The notes beneath the pieces are model-generated. The model was not told where the DNA came from. It worked only from the letters and a program-made list of their open reading frames with translations, and ran no database searches. From Candidatus Omnitrophota bacterium (GTDB taxonomy: Bacteria; Omnitrophota; Gorgyraeia; Duberdicusellales; 4484-171), in NCBI GenBank assembly GCA_021735105.1, contig JAIPHS010000002.1:1-44282 (forward strand): 44,282 bases of DNA, in the 5' to 3' direction. The translations under genes and the position numbers were made by a program. This document shows, piece by piece, positions 28,574-36,582 of this stretch (positions are counted from its first letter, which is position 1; each line of letters begins with the position of its first letter).

Positions 28574-28600
28574 ATTCGAAAAAATAAAAAGGAGTTTATT

Positions 28601-28945
28601 ATGAGAGTAAGAAGTCCTGTAGCTTCTAGAAAAAGAAAGAAAAAAGTCCTAAAACAGGTTAAAGGGTATTGGGGCAGGCGGTCTAAAAACTATCGTAGGG
28701 CAGTTGAAACTTTACGCAGGGCCTATGTCTATGCTTATAATCACAGAAGGCTTAAAAAAAGAGAGTTTCGTTCACTATGGATTACTCGTCTTAATGCAGC
28801 TGCCAGAGAAAGAGGAACATCTTATCGGGAATTAATTAATGATTTAAAAAAGAATAATATAATTCTTTCCCGCAATGTTTTGGCATTGATTGCTTCAGAG
28901 AATCCAGAGGTTTTTGACCAAATTGTAGATAAAGTAAAAAGCTAA
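28601..28945 (+). CDS. rplT: 50S ribosomal protein L20
   Basis: 114 aa from the ATG at 28601 (AAAGGAG RBS at 28588-28594). MRVRSPVASRKRKKKVLKQVKGYWG is the canonical L20 N-terminus. The tracked start at 28523 reads through the repeat. Confidence 0.92.
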   Translation: MRVRSPVASRKRKKKVLKQVKGYWGRRSKNYRRAVETLRRAYVYAYNHRRLKKREFRSLWITRLNAAARERGTSYRELINDLKKNNIILSRNVLALIASENPEVFDQIVDKVKS

Positions 28946-28964
28946 AAGGTATGGCCAAAAAATT

Positions 28965-29360
28965 ATGAAATATGTAATTATTGTTGGATGCAGCCGTGCT
29001 GGGAGGGCTTTAGCCCAAGAACTGTCCAGTAAAGAAAATGTTGTTGTGATTGATAAGAGTTTAAAAAATCTTGATTTGTTAAAAGAGGATTTTAACGGGA
29101 AAAAAATATGGGCTGATGCTTTAGATGTAGTTACTTTAGAAAAGGCCGGGATTAAAGAGGCAGACGCTCTTTTTTTACTTACCGGCAATGATAATCTTAA
29201 TCTAGTTGTTGGAAAAGTTGCCAAAAGAAAGTATAAAACTGAAAAAGTAGTTTTGCAGGTAAATGATGCCATGAAGAAAAAAATATTTGGAGAAGAAGGT
29301 TTGACTATAATTAACAAAACTTATCTTTTAGGTGAGGTATTAAAAAAGTGTATATTGTAA
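28965..29360 (+). CDS. TrkA-N (RCK N-terminal, NAD-binding) domain protein
   Basis: 131 aa. Rossmann start VIIVGCSRAGRALAQEL. No TrkA-C domain. Confidence 0.72.
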   Translation: MKYVIIVGCSRAGRALAQELSSKENVVVIDKSLKNLDLLKEDFNGKKIWADALDVVTLEKAGIKEADALFLLTGNDNLNLVVGKVAKRKYKTEKVVLQVNDAMKKKIFGEEGLTIINKTYLLGEVLKKCIL

Positions 29361-30013
29361 TTGCTGGAGCAGGCCGGTTAGGATTAATTTTAGCAGAAAG
29401 GCTTAAGGAAGATAAACATCAAGTTTGCTTAATTGATAAAAATCGAGAACTTTGTGATTCTTTGGCCAGCAAATTAGATAATATAATGATTATTTGCGGA
29501 GATGCAACTTATCCAGGTGTTTTGAGAGAAGCAAAAATAGAAAAAGTCGATGTTTCTGTTGCAGCAACTTCAGCTGATGAAGATAATATAATTATTTCAT
29601 ATTTAGCCAAAGATTTTTTTGGGATAAAAAGGACAGTGTCTCGAGTTAATGATCCAAAGCATATTCCTTTGTATAAATATATGAAAGTTGATAATCCGGT
29701 AGATTCAATTTCAATTATTGCACGAGTTGTTGAAGAAGAAGCTTCTTTTTCTGATGTGATGAATCTTTTGAGTATTAAAAAAGGAAGGCTTTCTATTGTT
29801 AGAGTTGATATTCCAGAAGATTCTCCTGTGGCTAACAAATCTTTAAAAGATATTGAACTTCCTTCTAACTCAGTTTTGATTTCTGTATTACGCGGGCCTG
29901 AAATTGTTATTCCTTCTGGTTCGACTACTATTCTTCCTGGAGATGAAATAATCGCTGCCACTTTAATCGATAGCGAAACAGATTTAACCAGATCTCTTAT
30001 CGGAAAGGTATAA
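29348..30013 (+). CDS. trkA: Trk/Ktr system regulatory subunit (TrkA-N + TrkA-C)
   Basis: 221 aa. GTG start. IVIAGAGRLGLILAERL Rossmann motif plus a C-terminal RCK-C domain (IPEDSPVANKSLKDIELP). Confidence 0.85.
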   Translation: MYIVIAGAGRLGLILAERLKEDKHQVCLIDKNRELCDSLASKLDNIMIICGDATYPGVLREAKIEKVDVSVAATSADEDNIIISYLAKDFFGIKRTVSRVNDPKHIPLYKYMKVDNPVDSISIIARVVEEEASFSDVMNLLSIKKGRLSIVRVDIPEDSPVANKSLKDIELPSNSVLISVLRGPEIVIPSGSTTILPGDEIIAATLIDSETDLTRSLIGKV

Positions 30014-30123
30014 TGAAACCACTTTTAGGTATTATTCTAGAAATTTGTTGCTGTTTAGCGATTATTTTGGCCGGGTATCTATTAGCATTAGCTGTAAACT
30101 TCTTTTTCCTTCTTAAAATTTAG
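30013..30123 (+). CDS. 36-aa hydrophobic micro-protein (MKPLLGIILEICCCLAIILAGYLLALAVNFFFLLKI)
   Basis: Hand-translated and below the ORF-track cutoff. The ATG overlaps the trkA stop (TAATG) and the stop lies 2 nt before the trkH ATG. trkH has no SD of its own, which is consistent with translational coupling. Confidence 0.4.
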   Translation: MKPLLGIILEICCCLAIILAGYLLALAVNFFFLLKI

Positions 30124-30125
30124 TT

Positions 30126-31610
30126 ATGATAATTTCACCTACCAAAAAAGACTTATCAACAATTTTAAATTTACTGGGGAGATTAATTTTAGGTTTAAGC
30201 TTTTTTATGTTGGTTCCGCTTTTGGTAGCGCTGGTTACGGATGAAATCTCTCCTCTTTTTGACTTTATTATTGGTACAACAGTGAGTGGAGCTCTGGGAT
30301 TTTTTTTATTGGTTTTTTTCCCAATTAAAAAAGAAATATCTTGGGTACACACCTTTTTTACAGTTAGCTTAGGTTGGTTATTCTTTTCGCTTTTGGGAGC
30401 TATCCCTCTTGTTTTATCCGGGCATTTTAGTTCTTTTTTAGATGCTTGGTTTGAGGCCATGAGCGGGTTTGCTACGACCGGACTGATTTTAGTACAAGAT
30501 CTAGATCATATGTCTTTTGCCCATAATAGCTGGCGGCATCTTACTATGTTTATCGGCGGCCAGGGCATAATCTTAGCTACTCTTTCAATATTAACTCAAA
30601 CCAGAAAAGTTGCGGTAGGGTTTTATCTTGGCGAAGGAAGACAGGAAAGAATTTTGCCAAATGTTGTTGGAACGGCCAGGTTTATTTGGAAGGTTAGCTT
30701 TGTTTATTTAATTTTAGGAGTAGCTGCTTTCTTTTTTATATTAAACAGAATTGGCTTATCTTCAGTTAAATCAATCTTTCAAGCATTTTGGTTATTTTTT
30801 GCCGCTTTTGATACGGGGGGTTTTACTCCTTATAAACAAAGCATTGCTTATTATCATAGTTTTTATCTAGAGATTGCTACGCTTGTTTTTATGATATTAG
30901 GAGCTTTTAATTTTAATTTACATTTTTGGCTTTGGCACAAAGACAAGAAGGAAATATTTAAAAATTTTGAAATAAAAACTTTTATTTTCACTTTTTTTTC
31001 ATTAACATTATTGATTTATATTCCTTTTTTAGGAAGTAATTTTTCGCAATTATTTAGAAGCGGTTTCTATCAGCTTATATCCGCACATACCGGGTGTGGT
31101 TTTACTAATTTAGAAGAGGGGGTTTTAATGGGGTTTCCTCTTCTTTCTCTTTTAGCTGTAATATTTGCGATGATGATCGGAGGAGGGGTTTGCTCTACTA
31201 CCGGCGGTATTAAATTATTGCGGGTAGGGATTATTTTTAAAACTATTTGTGCCGAAGTTAAACGCTGGATTATGCCCCCGGGTGCGGTATTTCGCGAAAA
31301 ATACCACCATTTGAACGATGTTCTTTTATCTAATAAAAAGATAAGAAATGCTTTTATAATTTTTATTTTATTTATAATTACTTATATGGCAGGAGCATTA
31401 GTAGCTATTGGTTTGGGCTATCCAGCTACCGCCGCTCTCTTTGAGTCAGTTTCTGCAACTGCAAATGTGGGTTTATCCAGTGGAATAACCAGCCCTAGCA
31501 TGCCCAGTATTTTAAAGGTAGTATATATAGTCCAGATGTGGATAGGCCGGCTAGAGTTTATTGCAGTTTTTGTTGCTTTGGGAGCATTATTATCATTTTT
31601 TAGAAAATAG
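30126..31610 (+). CDS. trkH: TrkH/KtrB-family K+ transporter membrane subunit
   Basis: 494 aa. Multi-pass protein with repeated M1-P-M2 units carrying selectivity-filter-like glycines (GFATTG, DTGGFT, HTGCGFT, NVGLSSG). Confidence 0.88.
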   Translation: MIISPTKKDLSTILNLLGRLILGLSFFMLVPLLVALVTDEISPLFDFIIGTTVSGALGFFLLVFFPIKKEISWVHTFFTVSLGWLFFSLLGAIPLVLSGHFSSFLDAWFEAMSGFATTGLILVQDLDHMSFAHNSWRHLTMFIGGQGIILATLSILTQTRKVAVGFYLGEGRQERILPNVVGTARFIWKVSFVYLILGVAAFFFILNRIGLSSVKSIFQAFWLFFAAFDTGGFTPYKQSIAYYHSFYLEIATLVFMILGAFNFNLHFWLWHKDKKEIFKNFEIKTFIFTFFSLTLLIYIPFLGSNFSQLFRSGFYQLISAHTGCGFTNLEEGVLMGFPLLSLLAVIFAMMIGGGVCSTTGGIKLLRVGIIFKTICAEVKRWIMPPGAVFREKYHHLNDVLLSNKKIRNAFIIFILFIITYMAGALVAIGLGYPATAALFESVSATANVGLSSGITSPSMPSILKVVYIVQMWIGRLEFIAVFVALGALLSFFRK

Positions 31611-31618
31611 GGGCACAG

Positions 31619-32155
31619 ATGAATACAGATAGCATGCCAAAAATCAGTTTTTACAGATGCACACAGATAGTTTTTTTTAGTTTAACCTTGATTTTTTTAT
31701 TTTCTTTAACTGGTTGGGCGCAATCTTATGAGGTAAGTTTAGAAAAATTAATTAAAACCCCGGAAAAATATGATAAAAAGAAAGTTTTATTTAAATCTGA
31801 AATCATCGGGGATCCGCTTAGCACCAAAGAAGGAAGTTGGTTTAATGTACAGTCACAAAATCATAATATGAGCATTTTTTTAAAAGACCATAGCAGCATA
31901 GATAAAATTACTTATTGGGGAAATTATAAAAGAAAAGGAGATATAGTTGAAATTGAAGGTGTTTTTTATAAAAATGGCCCTGTTTCTAACCAAAGGGCTG
32001 TTCACCTAATTAGTTTGGAAGTAGTAAGGCAGGGGAAAGAGCTTAAACGTTCAGTCTGCGTCAAAAAAAAGAAGGCTGCTTTGATTAGTCTTGTAATTTT
32101 CTTGACAATAGGGGTTATTTATCTTATAAGAATAAAATTATGGCACAAGAAATAA
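31619..32155 (+). CDS. Hypothetical secreted/anchored protein
   Basis: 178 aa. Signal-like N-terminus (an alternative start at 31634 gives MPKISFY...), beta-rich middle, C-terminal TM helix. No family recognised. Confidence 0.5.
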   Translation: MNTDSMPKISFYRCTQIVFFSLTLIFLFSLTGWAQSYEVSLEKLIKTPEKYDKKKVLFKSEIIGDPLSTKEGSWFNVQSQNHNMSIFLKDHSSIDKITYWGNYKRKGDIVEIEGVFYKNGPVSNQRAVHLISLEVVRQGKELKRSVCVKKKKAALISLVIFLTIGVIYLIRIKLWHKK

Positions 32156-33189
32156 GAAAAATAAAAGAATCTTTTGAAAAAGATTTGGAAAAAGGAAAAA
32201 GTAAAGATTTTTTTCAGGAACTAAAGGTAAAATACTTGGGAAGAAAATCAAAAATATCAGAGCTTTTTTCCAATATTCCCAATTTGCCTAAACAAGAAAG
32301 AGGCCGTTGGGGTAAAGAATTAAACATTTTAAAAAATCAAATAAGTTCAGCTATTGAAGAAAGGCTATCGGAAAAAATTCAAAAAGAAGAGAGATTAGAT
32401 TTAACTTATCCGGCTAAACGCCCTCAAAAAGGGTCAATACACATTTTAAGTTCAGTTACAAAAGAAATATGTTTAATTTTCAAGGAATTGGGGTTTAATG
32501 TTATCGAAGGCAATGAGGTCGAAGATGAGTGGCATAATTTTTCTGCTTTAAATATTCCGCTCGACCATCCTTCTCGAGATGCCTTTGACACTTTTTACCT
32601 GGATTTAGCCAAAAAAGATAAAAAAAGCGGAAACTGGCTGTTGAGAAGCCATACTTCGCCTTCTCAGATAAGAATTATGCAGCAGGTTGATCCCCCTCTA
32701 GCTGTTATTTCTCCCGGGAGAGTCTATCGGCCGGATGTAGTTGATGCGACTCACTCTTTTATGTTTTATCAAATAGAAGGATTTGTGGTTGGCCAAGACA
32801 TAAATTTTTCGTATTTAAAAGGAACGCTTCTTTATTTTGCCCGGCAGTTTTTTTCTCAAGAGGTTCAGTTGCGGTTTAGGCCTCATTTTTTCCCTTTTAC
32901 CGAACCTTCTGCAGAGGTTGATGTTTCATGTGTTATTTGTTCAAAGAAAAATAAACAAAAAAATCAAGATAGGTGCCCGGTTTGTAAAGGTAAAGGCTGG
33001 CTTGAGATATTGGGCTGTGGAATGATTCATCCTGATGTATTGGAAGCTTGTAATATAGACAGCAAAAAATATCAGGGTTTTGCTTTTGGGATGGGTGTCG
33101 ATAGAATTGTTATGCAAAAATATCAAATAAATGATATTAGGCTTTTTTATGAAAATGATATAAATTTCCTGAAACAATTTTCTATTTAA
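32140..33189 (+). CDS. pheS: Phenylalanine--tRNA ligase alpha subunit
   Basis: 349 aa. HPSRDAFDTFY, motif 2 FRPHFFPFTEPSAEVDV, motif 3 GFAFGMGVDRI. Confidence 0.95.
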   Translation: MAQEIRKIKESFEKDLEKGKSKDFFQELKVKYLGRKSKISELFSNIPNLPKQERGRWGKELNILKNQISSAIEERLSEKIQKEERLDLTYPAKRPQKGSIHILSSVTKEICLIFKELGFNVIEGNEVEDEWHNFSALNIPLDHPSRDAFDTFYLDLAKKDKKSGNWLLRSHTSPSQIRIMQQVDPPLAVISPGRVYRPDVVDATHSFMFYQIEGFVVGQDINFSYLKGTLLYFARQFFSQEVQLRFRPHFFPFTEPSAEVDVSCVICSKKNKQKNQDRCPVCKGKGWLEILGCGMIHPDVLEACNIDSKKYQGFAFGMGVDRIVMQKYQINDIRLFYENDINFLKQFSI

Positions 33190-33193
33190 AATT

Positions 33194-35197
33194 ATGGATT
33201 TTAGCCTCAACTTTATAAAACAATTTGTAGATATTAAAAATTCAGCTCAAGATCTTGCCGAACGCCTTACTTCAGCCGGCCTTGAGGTAGAAAATGTAGA
33301 GAAAGTTTCTGATGATTGGGTTTTTTCTGCCGAAGTTACTACTAACCGTTATGATTGGCTCTCGATTGTAGGGATTGCTCAAGAAGTTGCTGCTGTGTTA
33401 GGCAAAAAAATAAAGTTAGATTATCCTAGAATAAAAACTACTCCTAAACCAACAAAAAAGAAAATTTTAATAGACAATTTAGATGATTGTTCTTATTATC
33501 TGGGCAGAGAAATAAAAAAGGTAAAAGTAAAGCAATCCCCTGCCTGGTTGAAGAAAATTCTCATAAATTCCAAATTAACTTCGGTCAATAATATTGTCGA
33601 TGTTACAAACTATTGTATGCTTAAATGGGGCAATCCTCTTCATGCTTTTGACTTAGATAAAATCAAAGGAGATATCCATATAAGAAGAGCAAAAGATAAA
33701 GAAGAGTTTATCGGAATTGATCAAAAACAAAGGACCTTAACCTCAGAAAATTTAGTAATTGCAGATAGCAAAAAAGTTATTGCTTTAGCCGGTATTATGG
33801 GGGCAAAAAATAGTGAAGTTACAGCTAATAGCAAAAATATATTTTTAGAGGCAGCAAAGTTTTCGCCAATTACTATTAGGTGTTCACGGAGAGCGATTGG
33901 CCTTGACACTGAATCTTCTTATCGTTTTGAGAGAAGAGTGTCGGAATCTTTCCTGGAATATGCGTCCGGCGAAGCAACAGATAAAATTTTAAAATTAGCT
34001 GAGGCTGAATTTACCGGTTATAGGAAAGTTGGTAAAAAAACAGAATCAAAACCTAAGCAAATTACTATAAAATTGTCTAAGATGAAAAATTATTTGGGAG
34101 CAGATTTTAAAACAGGTGAAGTCAAAAAAATATTAACTTCTTTAAATTTCAAAGTAAAAAAAGATTTGCCCGATACGATAAAAGTTAAACCAGCTTTATC
34201 TCGTTTTGATATAGAAAAAGAAGTTGATGTCTATGAAGAATTTGCCCGTATTTATGGGTATAATAAAATTGAACCCAAAATACCTTTTATAGAAAAAGCT
34301 TTAAAAACTAACCCTGTTTTAGAAAAAGAAGAAAATAGCTGGAAATTTAAAAACAAAATAAGAGATTTTGCTGCCTTGCTGGGATTTGCTGAAATAATTA
34401 CCTACAGCATGGAGAATAAAGACGAACTTTCCTTATTTACAGAAGAAGAGGGCCTTGGTTTAAGGAACCCTTTACGCAGCCAAGAAAACAGCTTAAGGCC
34501 TACTTTATTTTTAGGGATGATAAAAAGCATAAAACACAATTTAAACCGGGGAAAAGAAAATTTAGCTTTTTTTGAAATTGCAGATAAATATAAAAAAAAG
34601 GGTGGTAATAAAGTTGATGAAAATACATTTTTATCTTTAGGCGTAAGTGGAGACAGGCAAAGGTTTTTTCTGCTAAAAGGCGCAGTTTTAGAGATTCTGG
34701 ATTATTTAAATATAAATTATTTAATTAACCAAACAAAACTGATGAGTGCAAATAACGCCTTAGAAATTAAAGTTAAGGATAGAACTATTGGGTTTATAGG
34801 AAAATTGGATGAAAAATTAAAAGAGAAGTTCGGCTTAAAAGAAGATTTGTTTTTGTCTGAACTTAATTTAAATTTACTTGGTAAATTTAAGCAAGATAAA
34901 AAATTTGAATCTTTTTCTAAATTTCCTGTTATTTGGCGGGATATAAGTTTAGCTATTGATAAAAATACAAAGTTTAAAAAGATTCAAAAAATAATAGAAG
35001 AAGGAAGCCGGCATTTATTGAATCTGAAAATAATAGATACTTATCAAGATAAAAATTTATCAAAAGATCATTTTGGTTTTACTTTGCGTCTTTTTTATCA
35101 ATCTAGAGAAAAAACTTTAAATTCCAATCAAGTGGATAGTTATCATAATCAAATTCGCGAAAAACTTTATAATAAAGAAGGCATTATTTTAAGATAG
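33194..35197 (+). CDS. pheT: Phenylalanine--tRNA ligase beta subunit (short form)
   Basis: 667 aa. B1 start MDFSLNFIKQFV, B3/4 and B5 regions, C-terminal FDX-ACB-like domain. The OB-fold tRNA-binding (B2) segment appears to be absent. Confidence 0.92.
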   Translation: MDFSLNFIKQFVDIKNSAQDLAERLTSAGLEVENVEKVSDDWVFSAEVTTNRYDWLSIVGIAQEVAAVLGKKIKLDYPRIKTTPKPTKKKILIDNLDDCSYYLGREIKKVKVKQSPAWLKKILINSKLTSVNNIVDVTNYCMLKWGNPLHAFDLDKIKGDIHIRRAKDKEEFIGIDQKQRTLTSENLVIADSKKVIALAGIMGAKNSEVTANSKNIFLEAAKFSPITIRCSRRAIGLDTESSYRFERRVSESFLEYASGEATDKILKLAEAEFTGYRKVGKKTESKPKQITIKLSKMKNYLGADFKTGEVKKILTSLNFKVKKDLPDTIKVKPALSRFDIEKEVDVYEEFARIYGYNKIEPKIPFIEKALKTNPVLEKEENSWKFKNKIRDFAALLGFAEIITYSMENKDELSLFTEEEGLGLRNPLRSQENSLRPTLFLGMIKSIKHNLNRGKENLAFFEIADKYKKKGGNKVDENTFLSLGVSGDRQRFFLLKGAVLEILDYLNINYLINQTKLMSANNALEIKVKDRTIGFIGKLDEKLKEKFGLKEDLFLSELNLNLLGKFKQDKKFESFSKFPVIWRDISLAIDKNTKFKKIQKIIEEGSRHLLNLKIIDTYQDKNLSKDHFGFTLRLFYQSREKTLNSNQVDSYHNQIREKLYNKEGIILR

Positions 35198-35230
35198 ACA
35201 GAGAAGGGTGGCCGTAAAAACCACCTCTAC

Positions 35231-35259
35231 TTGAAACTAAAAAGGTAGAGTGTTATAAT
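35231..35259 (+). promoter_or_regulatory. Near-consensus extended -10 promoter (TTGAAA-N17-TATAAT with TGT just upstream)
   Basis: TTGAAA at 35231-35236, 17-nt spacer ending in TGT (35251-35253), TATAAT at 35254-35259. The best promoter match in the window. Confidence 0.5.
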
Positions 35260-35265
35260 TGTTGC

Positions 35266-35424
35266 GTACCCTGCCTGTTTCGTTCGGGGTATTAGCGCTA
35301 CAGCCAACATTAATTTTAAGGGAGCCAATATTTTTTAGGCAAAAGTTTAAAATGCGGTGCCCACTTGTATGAGAAAAGGACTGATAGCGTTAGACCCTAG
35401 CGGACTTATGGTGGGGTTTTCTTT
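35266..35424 (+). ncRNA. Candidate structured 5' leader or small RNA, class unknown
   Basis: About 160 nt between the predicted start site and the SD of the next gene. Relatively GC-rich. Possible helices: TACCC/GGGTA (35267-71 / 35287-91), GCGCTA/TAGCGT (35295-300 / 35385-90), CCCAC/GTGGG (35360-64 / 35411-15) followed by TTTTCTTT. No match by eye to SRP, 6S, RNase P or tmRNA signatures. Confidence 0.3.
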
Positions 35425-35435
35425 AAAGGAGTAAA

Positions 35436-36407
35436 ATGATTAAACAATTATCTAATCCAAAGTTAAAAAAACCAATTTTTATAGCGGCTTGGCCGGGTAT
35501 GGGTGAAGTAGCTTATCGGAGTGCATTATTTTTAAAAGAGGCTATGAATTTTAAAATGTTTGCCAAGATTCGCACCGAATTTTTTTTCAAACCGGCCGCA
35601 GTAAATGTTAAAGCCGGAATAACCAATATACCTAAACCTCCGGCGGGATTATTTTATTATTACAAAGGTAAAGAAGGCCCGGATATAATTCTTTTCCTAG
35701 GCCAAGCTCAGCCTCCTCTTGATCACGCAGAAGAGCTTTCAGGAATTATAATTAAGTTTATAAAAAAATATAATCCAAAATTGATTCTTACCTTTGCTGC
35801 TAAACCAGAATCAATTGATCATAAGCATCAATCATCACTATGGCTGGCTGCAACTCATCTTTCTGTTATTAAGCAGTTTGAAAAAACAGAAACAAAAGTA
35901 TTAAAAAAAGGCCAGATAAGTGGATTAAATGGCATATTATTAGGTGTGGCTAAATATAAAGGGCTTAAAGGCGCTTGTATTTTAGCTGAAATTCCTTTTT
36001 ATACAGCCCAAATCGAGAACCCCAAGGCTACAGCCATTGTCTTAGATTTACTTATTAACTTTTTTCAGATTAAACTTGATATTTCTTCTATTTGGAAAAG
36101 AGCAAAATTTATTGAAAAAGAAATAGATAAATTAATTAGTTATCTTAAAGGAGAAGCCAAGCCGGAAGGCCCCAGCCCTTTAAATGAAGAAGATGTCAAA
36201 AGAATAAAAAAAGATTTGGCAGCATATACCAAGGTTCCCCAATCAGCTAGAGGAAAAATTGAGGATCTTTTTAAAAAAGCTAAAAAAGATATAACTGCTG
36301 CGAGTGAATTAAAAAAAGAGCTTGATGATTGGAATGTTTATAAGGAATATGAAGACAGATTCCTAGATTTATTCCGCAATAGGGATAAAGATAAAGGCAT
36401 TCATTAA
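35436..36407 (+). CDS. PAC2 (proteasome assembly chaperone 2-like) family protein with a charged C-terminal extension
   Basis: 323 aa. N-terminal PIFIAAWPGMGEVAYRSALFL pattern typical of the PAC2/ATP-grasp-like family, then a roughly 90-aa K/E-rich helical tail. Confidence 0.55.
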   Translation: MIKQLSNPKLKKPIFIAAWPGMGEVAYRSALFLKEAMNFKMFAKIRTEFFFKPAAVNVKAGITNIPKPPAGLFYYYKGKEGPDIILFLGQAQPPLDHAEELSGIIIKFIKKYNPKLILTFAAKPESIDHKHQSSLWLAATHLSVIKQFEKTETKVLKKGQISGLNGILLGVAKYKGLKGACILAEIPFYTAQIENPKATAIVLDLLINFFQIKLDISSIWKRAKFIEKEIDKLISYLKGEAKPEGPSPLNEEDVKRIKKDLAAYTKVPQSARGKIEDLFKKAKKDITAASELKKELDDWNVYKEYEDRFLDLFRNRDKDKGIH

Positions 36408-36409
36408 TA

Positions 36410-36492
<83 letters not shown>

Positions 36493-36522
36493 ATTTAAGA
36501 CACAGATACACACAAATTTTTG

Positions 36523-36581
36523 GCAGATTCACGCAGATATTTTATCTGTGTTTATCGGTAATTCTATCTGTGTGAATCTGC
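36523..36581 (-). terminator. 17-bp hairpin immediately after the response-regulator stop codon
   Basis: gcagattcacgcagata (36523-36539) pairs with tatctgtgtgaatctgc (36565-36581), including one G-U pair; 25-nt loop. There is no clean U-tract on the minus strand, so it may be a terminator or a processing/stability element. Confidence 0.4.
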
Positions 36582-36582
36582 T

